A stretch of DNA of 33,138 nucleotides from an uncultured Candidatus Saccharibacteria bacterium (GCA_964590055.1 CAZPXU010000001.1:1-33138); one strand, 5' to 3'. Positions 16,408 to 24,689 are shown, numbered from the stretch's first letter. Notes: generated by a model from the sequence alone, not told the origin. Made by a program: numbers and translations.

Positions 16408-17784
16408 TTATGGAACCAGCTCTGGCCCCTTGTTCCGGTATTTCGTAATGAAGCCGGTGACGCGCCCGTTGTCCAGGGGACTTCCCTCCAGGTCAAATTT
16501 ATCCAAACGACCCCAGGCGGCAAGCGCGATATCGGCATCATTTTTGGAACGGGGCGTTAAAACCACTTTGGAAAAATCCCGCGCGATATCTTCCAGTTCT
16601 TTTGTTACTTCTGCCGGAATGCCGGGGCGGTAGGAAATCCAAACCTCGCCGTGCTCCAAATTATGCACCAGATATTCATCCGCCACCTCCTCCTTGTGAA
16701 TCCCGCGGGAGGTCGTCTCCGGCCAATGCGGCCCCGAAGTCGGGGGATTGGAATTGTAATTTCTGACTTCGGTCCCGATGCTGACGTGGTCTCTCGATAA
16801 AATTTCAACCGCCCGGCTCAAATCCGGACCGGAAAGGTCTTGTCGCCCTGCCAACAAATAATAACCGCCATACAAAACCGCAGCCAAAACGGCCAAGATT
16901 AAAACCCACTTCAAAATCTTTTTCATAACCAGGCGCTTTTGGGACGCCTCGAGCCCGCTTTTGCGCTCCTGCCTTCTAAGCTCGCGGCGCTCTTTTCTGA
17001 ATAAAACCTGAATGTTTTCTTCCATTAAAATATTTTCTCCCAAAAGATAGCGATAATCAATAATCCTCTCATAATTTATGAAATCAAAAAGACGATATCC
17101 CCATTGTATCATAAGCGAAAAACGATTCGTAAGAAGCAAAATCCCGAGGCCGATTAAAATTAAACCTCCAACCACTGAAAAAATCCAAAGATATTTTGAA
17201 AGTTTCTCAATGTACTCTTGGGCCGAGCCCCAAGCCCAGGCTACCGCCAAGAAAGGGACGGCGAGTCCCGCGGAAAAAACGGCCAAAAGTCCGGCGCCTT
17301 GAATTGCCGTGGTCGAGGTGGAAGCCAGAAGCAAAATTGAACCGAGCACGGGACCCACGCAAGGCGTCCAGCCGAAGGCAAAAGCCGAACCTAGAAGAAA
17401 AGAAGTAGTGGGTCTGCCCCGTTCCAAACCGAAAGGCAACTTAATTTGTCGCGCTCGCTCTAAAAACGGGAGGCGAATCACATTCAGCATCACGAGCCCG
17501 AAAAGGATAACGAAAACTCCGGCTATCTTGGTAAGTCCTAGACGATACGGCCCCAAATTTGCGCCTAAAAATCCAAAAGCGCTGCCAAATAGAATAAAAA
17601 CAAGAGAGAAACCCAAAACGTAAGCCCAACCGTTCAGAAAAACCTTCCGGCGCACCCCGGTTTTATCCTCCGAAGAGACTCCCGAAATAAATCCCAAATA
17701 GGCCGGCACCAGGGGAAAAGTGCAGGGGGCAAGAAAAGTCAAAAGCCCCGCAACAAAAGCCGGAATTATAAGCGAGTACTCCAT
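16408..17784 (-). CDS. CcdA/DsbD-type thiol-disulfide transporter fused to a DUF3105 domain
   Basis: Residues 1-~235 form six TM helices carrying APC(21)TFP and TPC(142)VGP. A K/R/E-rich linker and one more TM helix (KWVLILAVLAAVLYGGYYLL) follow. The DUF3105 motifs are PPTSGPHWP and VHNLEHGEVWISYRP. Confidence 0.8.
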   Translation of the reverse strand: MEYSLIIPAFVAGLLTFLAPCTFPLVPAYLGFISGVSSEDKTGVRRKVFLNGWAYVLGFSLVFILFGSAFGFLGANLGPYRLGLTKIAGVFVILFGLVMLNVIRLPFLERARQIKLPFGLERGRPTTSFLLGSAFAFGWTPCVGPVLGSILLLASTSTTAIQGAGLLAVFSAGLAVPFLAVAWAWGSAQEYIEKLSKYLWIFSVVGGLILIGLGILLLTNRFSLMIQWGYRLFDFINYERIIDYRYLLGENILMEENIQVLFRKERRELRRQERKSGLEASQKRLVMKKILKWVLILAVLAAVLYGGYYLLAGRQDLSGPDLSRAVEILSRDHVSIGTEVRNYNSNPPTSGPHWPETTSRGIHKEEVADEYLVHNLEHGEVWISYRPGIPAEVTKELEDIARDFSKVVLTPRSKNDADIALAAWGRLDKFDLEGSPLDNGRVTGFITKYRNKGPELVP

Positions 17785-18218
17785 GATTTCAAAGCGCTGC
17801 GCTGAACCTCTTCCAGATGCATAGAGGGTCGCTTTTCTTTAACAAATACCTCGGCTTTCTCCGGCGGCGCGCCTTTGGTTTTCATTAAATAGGCGGCAAC
17901 CAAAGTTGGAGCCCGGCCGTGCCCGTTCCGGCAGTGAACATAAATTTTCTTTTTCATCTGAACTAATTTTTCTAAAACTGCAACCCCAAATTCCAGCTGC
18001 TCCGGAGTCGGCGCGGCGTTATTTTTAACCGGAATCCAGACATAAAATTGAACCCCGAAAGGCGCATCAATCCTTTCTTCCTCCAAAGATAGGTCGGAAG
18101 AAATCCCCTCTTTCAAAAGCTTCTCGTCAAAATGCGTTTGGCAGCACTGATTGGTGCCGATATAAATGCCGTCCGCGATATAACTATATTCAAGCTCTTT
18201 AATGGAGTGCGGGGTCAT
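17766..18218 (-). CDS. dual-specificity/tyrosine protein phosphatase-like protein
   Basis: 150 aa, with the HCX5R P-loop VHCRNGHGRAPTLVAAYLM. Confidence 0.8.
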   Translation of the reverse strand: MTPHSIKELEYSYIADGIYIGTNQCCQTHFDEKLLKEGISSDLSLEEERIDAPFGVQFYVWIPVKNNAAPTPEQLEFGVAVLEKLVQMKKKIYVHCRNGHGRAPTLVAAYLMKTKGAPPEKAEVFVKEKRPSMHLEEVQRSALKSWSTRL

Positions 18219-18225
18219 AAAGAAT

Positions 18226-18266
18226 AAAAGCGCTGCTTGTTTATATTAAATCCAAGCAGCGCTTTT
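18226..18266 (-). terminator. intrinsic-terminator-like hairpin spanning the AroE-like stop codon
   Basis: The 14-bp perfect arms are aaaagcgctgcttg (18226-18239) and caagcagcgctttt (18253-18266), with a 13-nt loop that contains the TAA. On the minus-strand RNA the GC-rich stem is followed by UUUUAUUCUUU. Confidence 0.55.
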
Positions 18267-19262
18267 CATTACTTGTTTCACCTCCTCCTTGTTAATATTT
18301 TTTGCAGCGAGTTCCCGGCCGTGGAGAATCCAGAACGCCTCGACCGCTTGATTTACCACCATCCCGGTGCCGTCCAGAACTTTAAATCCCATCTTCCCGG
18401 CCTCCGCCAAAGTTCTGGTAGGCTCTTTTCTGAGCATGATGTCAGAAATTATAACCTCTCTATTTAACTGTCCCAGAATCCTTCGGCCGCTCTCAATATT
18501 CTTCCGGAGATTCTCTTCACTTGCGGGCAGCTCGACTTCTCCGAAAGCAACATATTGTTCTAAAGGCGAGTGAGGATCGTCAATCGCCGCCACCACCGCT
18601 TGGACTTCCAGAACTCGCGACGGTATTTCCTCTCTCCCCCCGCCGTAAGCCCTCGGCTTTCCGAAAAAATCGTTAATCCGCTTTGCCAGGGCTGCTGCCT
18701 TCCCCGGCGTCCGATTCAAAATAATAACTTCATTTGCTGACTCGGCCAGCGCAAAGGCAATGGCGTTCCCGGCGCCGCCTGCTCCCAGGACAAGAATTTT
18801 CTTCCCTTCAAGCTTCCCGCCTCTCTCGCTAAATACCGCCTCGAGGCTCTGGCGGTAGCCAACCCCGTCAGTACTTATCCCCCGCAATTTCCCTTCCTCG
18901 GTCTTAAGAATAAAATTTACCGCCCCGATGGCTTTTTCAATCTGCCCCAGCTCGTCAAGCCACCCGAGAGCTTCATCCTTAAAACCTATGCCGGTATTGC
19001 TGCCAAGAAATTTCGGATCGCACCTGAATACTTCGAAAATCTCGGGAATCCGAGCCGGGTCGCCCACTAGTGCGACATTGCCAGCTGCGAGCGAGAACTT
19101 GCGATAAGCCGCATTCCAAAGCTGAGGGGTTCTTGCGGGGTAGTCTTTTTCGCCGAGCCAGATGGTATAGCGAGAGAAATCAAGACGAGCTGGATTATCT
19201 TGCGGCTCCTGAGCATAGGACAAAAGCTCGTGCTCAATTAAATCGGATATTTGCATTGTCAT
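18246..19262 (-). CDS. shikimate/quinate dehydrogenase family protein (divergent, 338 aa)
   Basis: Motifs: ARTPQLWNAAY, GSNTGIGFKDE, IGAVNFIL....GKLRGISTDGVGY, and the Rossmann motif VLGAGGAGNAIAFAL. Confidence 0.7.
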   Translation of the reverse strand: MTMQISDLIEHELLSYAQEPQDNPARLDFSRYTIWLGEKDYPARTPQLWNAAYRKFSLAAGNVALVGDPARIPEIFEVFRCDPKFLGSNTGIGFKDEALGWLDELGQIEKAIGAVNFILKTEEGKLRGISTDGVGYRQSLEAVFSERGGKLEGKKILVLGAGGAGNAIAFALAESANEVIILNRTPGKAAALAKRINDFFGKPRAYGGGREEIPSRVLEVQAVVAAIDDPHSPLEQYVAFGEVELPASEENLRKNIESGRRILGQLNREVIISDIMLRKEPTRTLAEAGKMGFKVLDGTGMVVNQAVEAFWILHGRELAAKNINKEEVKQVMKSAAWI

Positions 19263-19273
19263 TGTTTCCTCCT

Positions 19274-19675
19274 TTAGATATACTCGAAGTGAATGAGACT
19301 GATAATGTCCTCGTAGCTGAACTCTTGGTTATAGATTAATCCCAAATGATATTTTATTAGTTCTCTCGACTGGCAATCTGGCGAAGCGAACTTTAATTCT
19401 GCTTTTCTTGTCCAACCCAGCTCTTTTACAACGATCTTCAAAATCCTAGCCCTGGCCTCAAACCCGTCAAAAATAGGAAGCAAATTCCACTTTTCCGCTC
19501 CGGGCTCTTGTAACACCCTTAATCTGACTTTCTGATGTTCCTTGAACCCCTTTGGATTCGGATACCTTCTGTCTCCGGGTTTTATGATAAGCTTCAGCCG
19601 CTTGTCCTTCAATAACGCTCGGTAAGGAAAGCGAAACCAGAGTTCATCAGCTAAATTCGACCTTTTTCCTTTCAT
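19274..19675 (-). CDS. hypothetical protein, possibly ASCH/PUA-like
   Basis: I chose the ATG at 19675; the track start at 19735 is a TTG that overlaps the SIS gene further. The ASCH resemblance is loose (..LKLIIKPGDRRY..., C-terminal ISLIHFEYI). Confidence 0.45.
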   Translation of the reverse strand: MKGKRSNLADELWFRFPYRALLKDKRLKLIIKPGDRRYPNPKGFKEHQKVRLRVLQEPGAEKWNLLPIFDGFEARARILKIVVKELGWTRKAELKFASPDCQSRELIKYHLGLIYNQEFSYEDIISLIHFEYI

Positions 19676-20312
19676 CTTGATTTCCTTTCTTTTTTGATTT
19701 TTTACCCAATGTTCCGCCGGGATGAATTTTGGCAAAATGTTTCAATTTAATCCCTTTAAGTTCTTGAAGCGCACTCGCCAGCGCATCTCCAATCGCAAGC
19801 GTAACCAAGGTAGAGGTAGTCGGCGCCAGATTAAAAGTGGTGCAGATTTTACAAGCCTCCTCGGCAACGCGGGTCAGCAAAACCACATCCGCCACCTTCG
19901 CCAGCGTGGAATTTTCAGTTCCGGCAATCAAAACTATTTTATTTTTAAAGTTCTTTCTAACGGCGGCGACGAAACTCACAACCTCGGGGGTCTCGCCGCT
20001 ATGGGAGATTAACACAATCGCGTCCTCTGTTTCAACCATTCCCAAATCCCCGTGCAACGCCTCCGTTGGATGCAAAAATAAGCTGAAGGTGCCGGTGGAG
20101 GAAAGGGTCGCCGCAATTTTTCGGGCCACAATCCCGGATTTTCCAAGGCCAGATAGTATTATTTTCCCTTTGCACTCACAGATCAGTCTAACCGCTTTTG
20201 CAAAGTTCGAATCCAGCTTCTCCGCGACGTGCTTTACCGCCGCAGCTTCATTCTCCAAAACTTCCCTTCCGATTCGTAAGATATCATTTTTTTTAAAACT
20301 ATTACTTTTCAT
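19647..20312 (-). CDS. SIS-domain sugar-phosphate isomerase, KpsF/GutQ-like but without CBS domains
   Basis: GKIILSGLGKSGIVARKIAATLSSTGTFSLFLHPTEALHGDLGMV...VLISHSGETPEV closely follows the KpsF SIS signature. The protein ends just after HPGGTLGKK, where KpsF would continue into its CBS pair. Confidence 0.8.
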   Translation of the reverse strand: MKSNSFKKNDILRIGREVLENEAAAVKHVAEKLDSNFAKAVRLICECKGKIILSGLGKSGIVARKIAATLSSTGTFSLFLHPTEALHGDLGMVETEDAIVLISHSGETPEVVSFVAAVRKNFKNKIVLIAGTENSTLAKVADVVLLTRVAEEACKICTTFNLAPTTSTLVTLAIGDALASALQELKGIKLKHFAKIHPGGTLGKKSKKKGNQDERKKVEFS

Positions 20313-20322
20313 TTTTGCCTAG

Positions 20323-21682
20323 CTATACCATGTAAGCGACGTCTGAAAAACTGGTGGGATAGGCCCAGGGAATTTCCCGAAGTTCGGAAGCGGGAAAACC
20401 TTTTCGGATGGCGAGAGCAAAAACATTGATTACTTCTTCGGCATGCGCCCCAAAAAGATGCGCTCCCAAAATTTTCCCGCTCCCCTCCTCTATCAGCACC
20501 TTATAACCGGTGGGCCGCAGGTTCAGTCGCCGCGAGGAGTACCATTCCGAGGTATCGGCGTGATTCACTCGAAACTTCAAACCCTGCTTCTGCGCGATCT
20601 CCTCGCTTAATCCGACTGCCGCCAGGGGCGGGAGAGTGAACACTACACTTGGTACTCCGAGGTAATTTAGGGTGGCGTGATTTTTGTCAAGAAGATTTTT
20701 CGCAGCCACCGCCCCTTCCAGGCCCGCCACCGGCGTCAAGGGAAAGCCGCCCGAGACCGCGGCATCGCCAGCCGCATAGACGCGCGGGTTGGTAACGCTC
20801 TGAAGATATTCATTTACCACCACTCCTTTTCGCTCCCTCTTGATATGCGCCCTCTCCAGTTCTAAATCGTCAATATCGGGAATCCGACCTGCGCCGTGGA
20901 CCACCAATTCGGCTTCAAACTTTTTGGTATGACCGTCCGAGGAGGCATAGACGTAAAAACCATTCGCGCCTTTTTCAATTCGTTCGACGGCGCTACTGAC
21001 TGCCAGGTTTATGCCGACTTCCCGGCTTGTTTCCGAAAGCATTCTTACCAGATCCGGATCAAATAATTCCAAGGGCCTGGGCCCGCGATGAAGAATCGTA
21101 ACCCCGGCGCCGGCCCGCGCCGCCACATGCGCGAATTCGAAGGAGATATAGCCGCCCCCCGACAAAAACAATTTGCCTGGGAAGCGCCGCAAGTTCTAAA
21201 AATTGGGTACTGGTGGCAAGATGTTCTTCCCCGGGAATACCCAGCGTTTGGGGCTTGGCGCCGGCGGCGATTAAAAAATAATCGGCGCTAAAAATTTTTT
21301 CTCCAACTTGAACGGCATCGTCATCAACAAATCTAGCCCGCCCCTTCAGAAGCTCGATGCCCGCCGCTTGGGCTGAACTACGGTAATGTTCCGAAACGGA
21401 GCCGGTAAAGCTCTTTTTGAAACGAATCAAGGCGGGCCAATCAATTTCGGTATTCCCCCGGATGATTTTTTTAGCTAAAAACCGCCTCTGCCAATCCATG
21501 AACTCTGCGCCTCCCACCAGAACTTTTTTAGGGTCGCAACCGCGTAGGGCGCAGGTTCCGCCGAAAGGATTAGAATCAATTATCAAAACCTCCCAGCCTC
21601 GCTTGCGGCAAGCGTAAGCGGCAGCGGACCCGGCGGCCCCGCTTCCTATTACGATTAGATTAAATTTATCATTAGACTTCAT
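20323..21682 (-). pseudogene. class-I pyridine nucleotide-disulfide oxidoreductase (glutathione-reductase-like), interrupted by a 1-nt frameshift
   Basis: ORFs 21059-21682 and 20323-21192 are the two halves of one ~452-aa protein. It carries GSGAAGSAAA (FAD) and GGTCALRGCDPKK (redox centre). The frame breaks inside IVFVGG|GYISFEFA at the C6 run 21155-21160. Deleting one base restores the frame. Confidence 0.8.
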
Positions 21683-21848
21683 TTAATTTTTCCGGCATTA
21701 TTCCCTGCTTGATAATTTCTAGGTTGCAGCTTTTCTTCTCGCGGCACCAATCTTCGCATTTTTGGGCAATCTCTTTGTCTTGGTACAAAAATCCGCAGGC
21801 TTCGCACTGGTAATGGGTTTTATTGTTCTCTTGAATAATTTTTACCAT
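21672..21848 (-). CDS. small Cys-rich (zinc-ribbon-like) protein, 58 aa
   Basis: MVKIIQENNKTHYQCEACGFLYQDKEIAQKCEDWCREKKSC... The ATG at 21848 lies 1 nt after the LUD stop. The 3' end overlaps the oxidoreductase start by 11 nt. Confidence 0.55.
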   Translation of the reverse strand: MVKIIQENNKTHYQCEACGFLYQDKEIAQKCEDWCREKKSCNLEIIKQGIMPEKLNEV

Positions 21849-21849
21849 A

Positions 21850-22470
21850 CTAAAATCCAAGTTTTTCCTTGACCAGGATAATAGTAATGCGGCCAGGTTG
21901 AAATTCTTTATTGATAATCAAAATTTTATTGACTCCGCTCCCCATGCCGTAAACCTTTCTGGCGCGCTCGTCTTCCAACGGCAAAGCATATTCATAAAGG
22001 CGCTTTAATCCTTCTGCAACGTTCTTTACAATTTTTTGGGCACCGACCACCCAAACCACTTTCGCTGCGCCGTAAGCATAAGCCGGGAGTTGGCTGCCGG
22101 TGGCGGAGGCCACCAGAACTTCCCCATCCTCGGTTACGGCATGCGCGCTCCCCACCGCCCATTCCGGCGCCGCTCCCAGGCGGCGCTTCTCGGCGCTTTG
22201 AGTTTTATCGTCCATCTGATTCAAAAGATTCCGCACGGATTTAAAATCCCCTCCTTTGTTTATTTCCGCGGGAACGCCGATGGCCTCCAAGGTCATTGAG
22301 GTCATATCCATGACCTCGGCGCCTTCGGGAATAATCTCAAAAAGCTTTGCCCTCGCCTCGGCCCCGTTCCCTGCCACCAAAGCCGTAATGCCGTTTTTCT
22401 CAAGCGCCGCTTTAGCTCTTGCGATTGAGGCGTCATCAGGAAGCTCTCCAAATTTGTCGTTTATTTCCAT
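21850..22470 (-). CDS. LUD-domain (DUF162, LutC/YkgG-like) protein
   Basis: 206 aa. The overall pattern (N-terminal ...ALEKNGITALVAGNGAEA..., central GSAHAVTEDGEVLVAS) resembles LUD-domain proteins. This is recognition by eye only. Confidence 0.65.
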   Translation of the reverse strand: MEINDKFGELPDDASIARAKAALEKNGITALVAGNGAEARAKLFEIIPEGAEVMDMTSMTLEAIGVPAEINKGGDFKSVRNLLNQMDDKTQSAEKRRLGAAPEWAVGSAHAVTEDGEVLVASATGSQLPAYAYGAAKVVWVVGAQKIVKNVAEGLKRLYEYALPLEDERARKVYGMGSGVNKILIINKEFQPGRITIILVKEKLGF

Positions 22471-22475
22471 ATTTT

Positions 22476-23000
22476 TTAATTGTTAGCCATTAAACTTGTA
22501 ATCCGGCCTTTAATTTCTTCCAAATCCATCGGGCCGCGCTTATGAAACGCGATATTTCCATCTTTGCTGACAAAAATCGTCTCCGGCATGGAAAAACCGC
22601 CGATGGACTGATAAAAAGAATCAGCCGGGTCAAGCAGAAAAACCAAATCATCCGTCACCCCCAAGTCATCCGTGAATTTTTTGGCCGTTGCCAACGGTTC
22701 GGCGCGGTCAATCGCGATTATAACAATTTTATCGCCGAATTCTTTTTGAGCCGTCGCAAAATCCTCCAGCTCCTTTACGCAAAAGGGGCACCAGGCCGCC
22801 CAAGCGTTTAGGACGAGGGGCTTTCCTTTAAAATCCGCCAGGCTTACGCTCTTGCCATTATAATCATTAAGCGAAAATTCCGGAGCTTTGCGAGAGTTGC
22901 CGGTTGAATTCATATTTTGGTGTTGACCCGTGTTGGAAATCAGCAACCACCCGACTATAACTAAAACCGCAATGCTGATAATAATTAAAGGTATTTTCAT
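22476..23000 (-). CDS. TM-anchored TlpA/ResA-like thioredoxin-fold thiol-disulfide oxidoreductase
   Basis: An N-terminal helix is followed by GKPLVLNAWAAWCPFCVKE. Confidence 0.85.
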   Translation of the reverse strand: MKIPLIIISIAVLVIVGWLLISNTGQHQNMNSTGNSRKAPEFSLNDYNGKSVSLADFKGKPLVLNAWAAWCPFCVKELEDFATAQKEFGDKIVIIAIDRAEPLATAKKFTDDLGVTDDLVFLLDPADSFYQSIGGFSMPETIFVSKDGNIAFHKRGPMDLEEIKGRITSLMANN

Positions 23001-23015
23001 ATTATAATTTTGGTA

Positions 23016-23408
23016 CTACGTTTGTAATTGCGGAGCCGGCGGCTTTTTAAAGAGATATTTATTGTAGATCACCGCTCCGATGATGAGTACGGCACCCGGT
23101 CCCCAAATCTGCCACGCGCCCCATGTGCTTAAAAATACGTATCGACCGACATAAAGAAGTGCCGCACCAAGAGAAAGAAGTGCTAACGGATAGGGGTTTC
23201 TATGAGATCTGTAGTCAAAGATAAAGCCGATTGCGCCAAGAGCAATCAACCCGAATGCAAACCAACGCCATGCCGGTATGAGAGCTCCCAAACCTAAATA
23301 TGTTAAAAGAGAAGCCGAACCAATCCAGCAAAGCGGGCAGACTCCAATTGCTCCCGCTCCCAAAATCGGCGTCAATCTTATTGATAACTTTTTGAAATTA
23401 TTTGTCAT
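23016..23408 (-). CDS. 4-TM membrane protein with an intramembrane CPLC motif (loosely MerC-like)
   Basis: GAGAIGVCPLCWIGSASLL lies in TM1. The loop DYRSHRNPYP sits between TM2 and TM3. Architecture and Cys placement recall MerC, but the assignment is weak. Confidence 0.6.
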   Translation of the reverse strand: MTNNFKKLSIRLTPILGAGAIGVCPLCWIGSASLLTYLGLGALIPAWRWFAFGLIALGAIGFIFDYRSHRNPYPLALLSLGAALLYVGRYVFLSTWGAWQIWGPGAVLIIGAVIYNKYLFKKPPAPQLQT

Positions 23409-23417
23409 CGCTCATGA

Positions 23418-24455
23418 TTATTTAAATAATTCTGTCTCCGGATGCGTCGCCGCCCAAGAAAACCAAAAGGCCGAAAAAGGGTTTATACGCTCTAATTTAC
23501 CATCTGGAAATTTTTTATACATACGGATAACGTCCAACTCTTTTTCATACCTAAGTAAAAAGGTCTCACCGGCAAAAGCGTCTTCCGCCTCTCCGGCTTT
23601 CTTCACCGCCTCCACGCTCCAGGCCTTTGCCTTTTCTCCGGACGCGAGCCCGAAAACGAAGGCGTTGGGCGCGAGGCGCCGGTCGGAAAAATTCGTTAAG
23701 TCCAAAGAAAAGCCGGTAACGGCGTAGTAATCGCCGTAAGGGTTATAGCCGTAAGACCTCATAGTGCCGGTCTCCTGGGACAGGACTTCGCCGTCGGGAT
23801 GCGAGCGTTTCCATTCCCCGAAGCGCAGCTGGTCGGAGGGCAGAAGTTTCAATTTTGTCCCCGTCATTTCGCCGACCACCGCCTCCCCCAAAATCTGCGG
23901 CCACAGAGATTCGGTTTTGCGGTCGTACATTACGAGATTGGATTTCCATAAACTTCCCGAAGTTCCGAACTCAACCCGCTCCCCCTTCACCAAAGGGTCA
24001 AAGACAAAACCCGTAAGGCACAAGGGACAATAGGTCACCAAAACGCGCTCGCCGGAGACAACATCGTTCACAATCTCATGCCAAACTAAAATCCGGTAGG
24101 GGTAAAAGCGATGGGCAGAGCCGCGAGAAAACGCGACCCCGGGATTATCGTCCGGCAACCATTTCTTCGCCTCCGTGACGGACACAAACTTGGGGCGGTC
24201 AATGGACGGTATCCCGTCTTTGCCCGGCCCGCCGGAGATAATTTCATTAAGCGGAACGCTATGTTTTACGCCATCGGTAACCATGATTTTCTTTTCAACA
24301 ATTTCACCATCTTTATCATTTTCAACAACTCCAACACTCTCGACTTTAGTCTCGCCGCCTTGCGGCAATTTAAAATCTTCCCTGAAAAATCTCGACCAGA
24401 TGAAAACGCCTCCCGCAACCAGAATTAAAATTACCAAAACCCAATTCGCTTTCAT
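23418..24455 (-). CDS. DUF3179-domain secreted or anchored protein
   Basis: An N-terminal helix is followed by DGIPSIDRPKF...YPYRILVWHEIVND...VLVTYCPLCLTG, which is characteristic of DUF3179. Confidence 0.8.
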   Translation of the reverse strand: MKANWVLVILILVAGGVFIWSRFFREDFKLPQGGETKVESVGVVENDKDGEIVEKKIMVTDGVKHSVPLNEIISGGPGKDGIPSIDRPKFVSVTEAKKWLPDDNPGVAFSRGSAHRFYPYRILVWHEIVNDVVSGERVLVTYCPLCLTGFVFDPLVKGERVEFGTSGSLWKSNLVMYDRKTESLWPQILGEAVVGEMTGTKLKLLPSDQLRFGEWKRSHPDGEVLSQETGTMRSYGYNPYGDYYAVTGFSLDLTNFSDRRLAPNAFVFGLASGEKAKAWSVEAVKKAGEAEDAFAGETFLLRYEKELDVIRMYKKFPDGKLERINPFSAFWFSWAATHPETELFK

Positions 24456-24688
24456 TTGATTTTCAAAAGCTCCCGCAATTTTTCCTCATCAAAACCAATC
24501 ACAATCCCGCCGTCGATTTCCGTAACCGGAACGCCCATCTGCCCGGATTTTTGAATCATTTCCCGGGCATTATCCTGATTTCCGGCAACATCTTTCTCCT
24601 CATAAACTACCGCGTTCTTTTTGAAAAACTCCTTGGTGGCGCGGCACCAGACGCAAGTGGGAGTGGAATAGATGGTTACTTTTGGCAT
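24452..24688 (-). CDS. glutaredoxin-like (NrdH/YruB-type) small redoxin
   Basis: 78 aa, VTIYSTPTCVWCRATKEFF...GVPVTEIDG. Its stop forms a 4-nt overlap with the DUF3179 start. Confidence 0.85.
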   Translation of the reverse strand: MPKVTIYSTPTCVWCRATKEFFKKNAVVYEEKDVAGNQDNAREMIQKSGQMGVPVTEIDGGIVIGFDEEKLRELLKIK

Positions 24689-24689
24689 G

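Noticed and set aside
20323-21682. Interpreting the disulfide reductase as mercuric reductase MerA, given the nearby ArsR and the MerC-like protein
   Set aside because: The C-terminus (...IPWAYPTSFSDVAYMV) lacks the vicinal Cys-Cys pair MerA needs, and there is no NmerA/HMA domain. It is more consistent with a glutathione-reductase-like or other low-molecular-weight-disulfide reductase.
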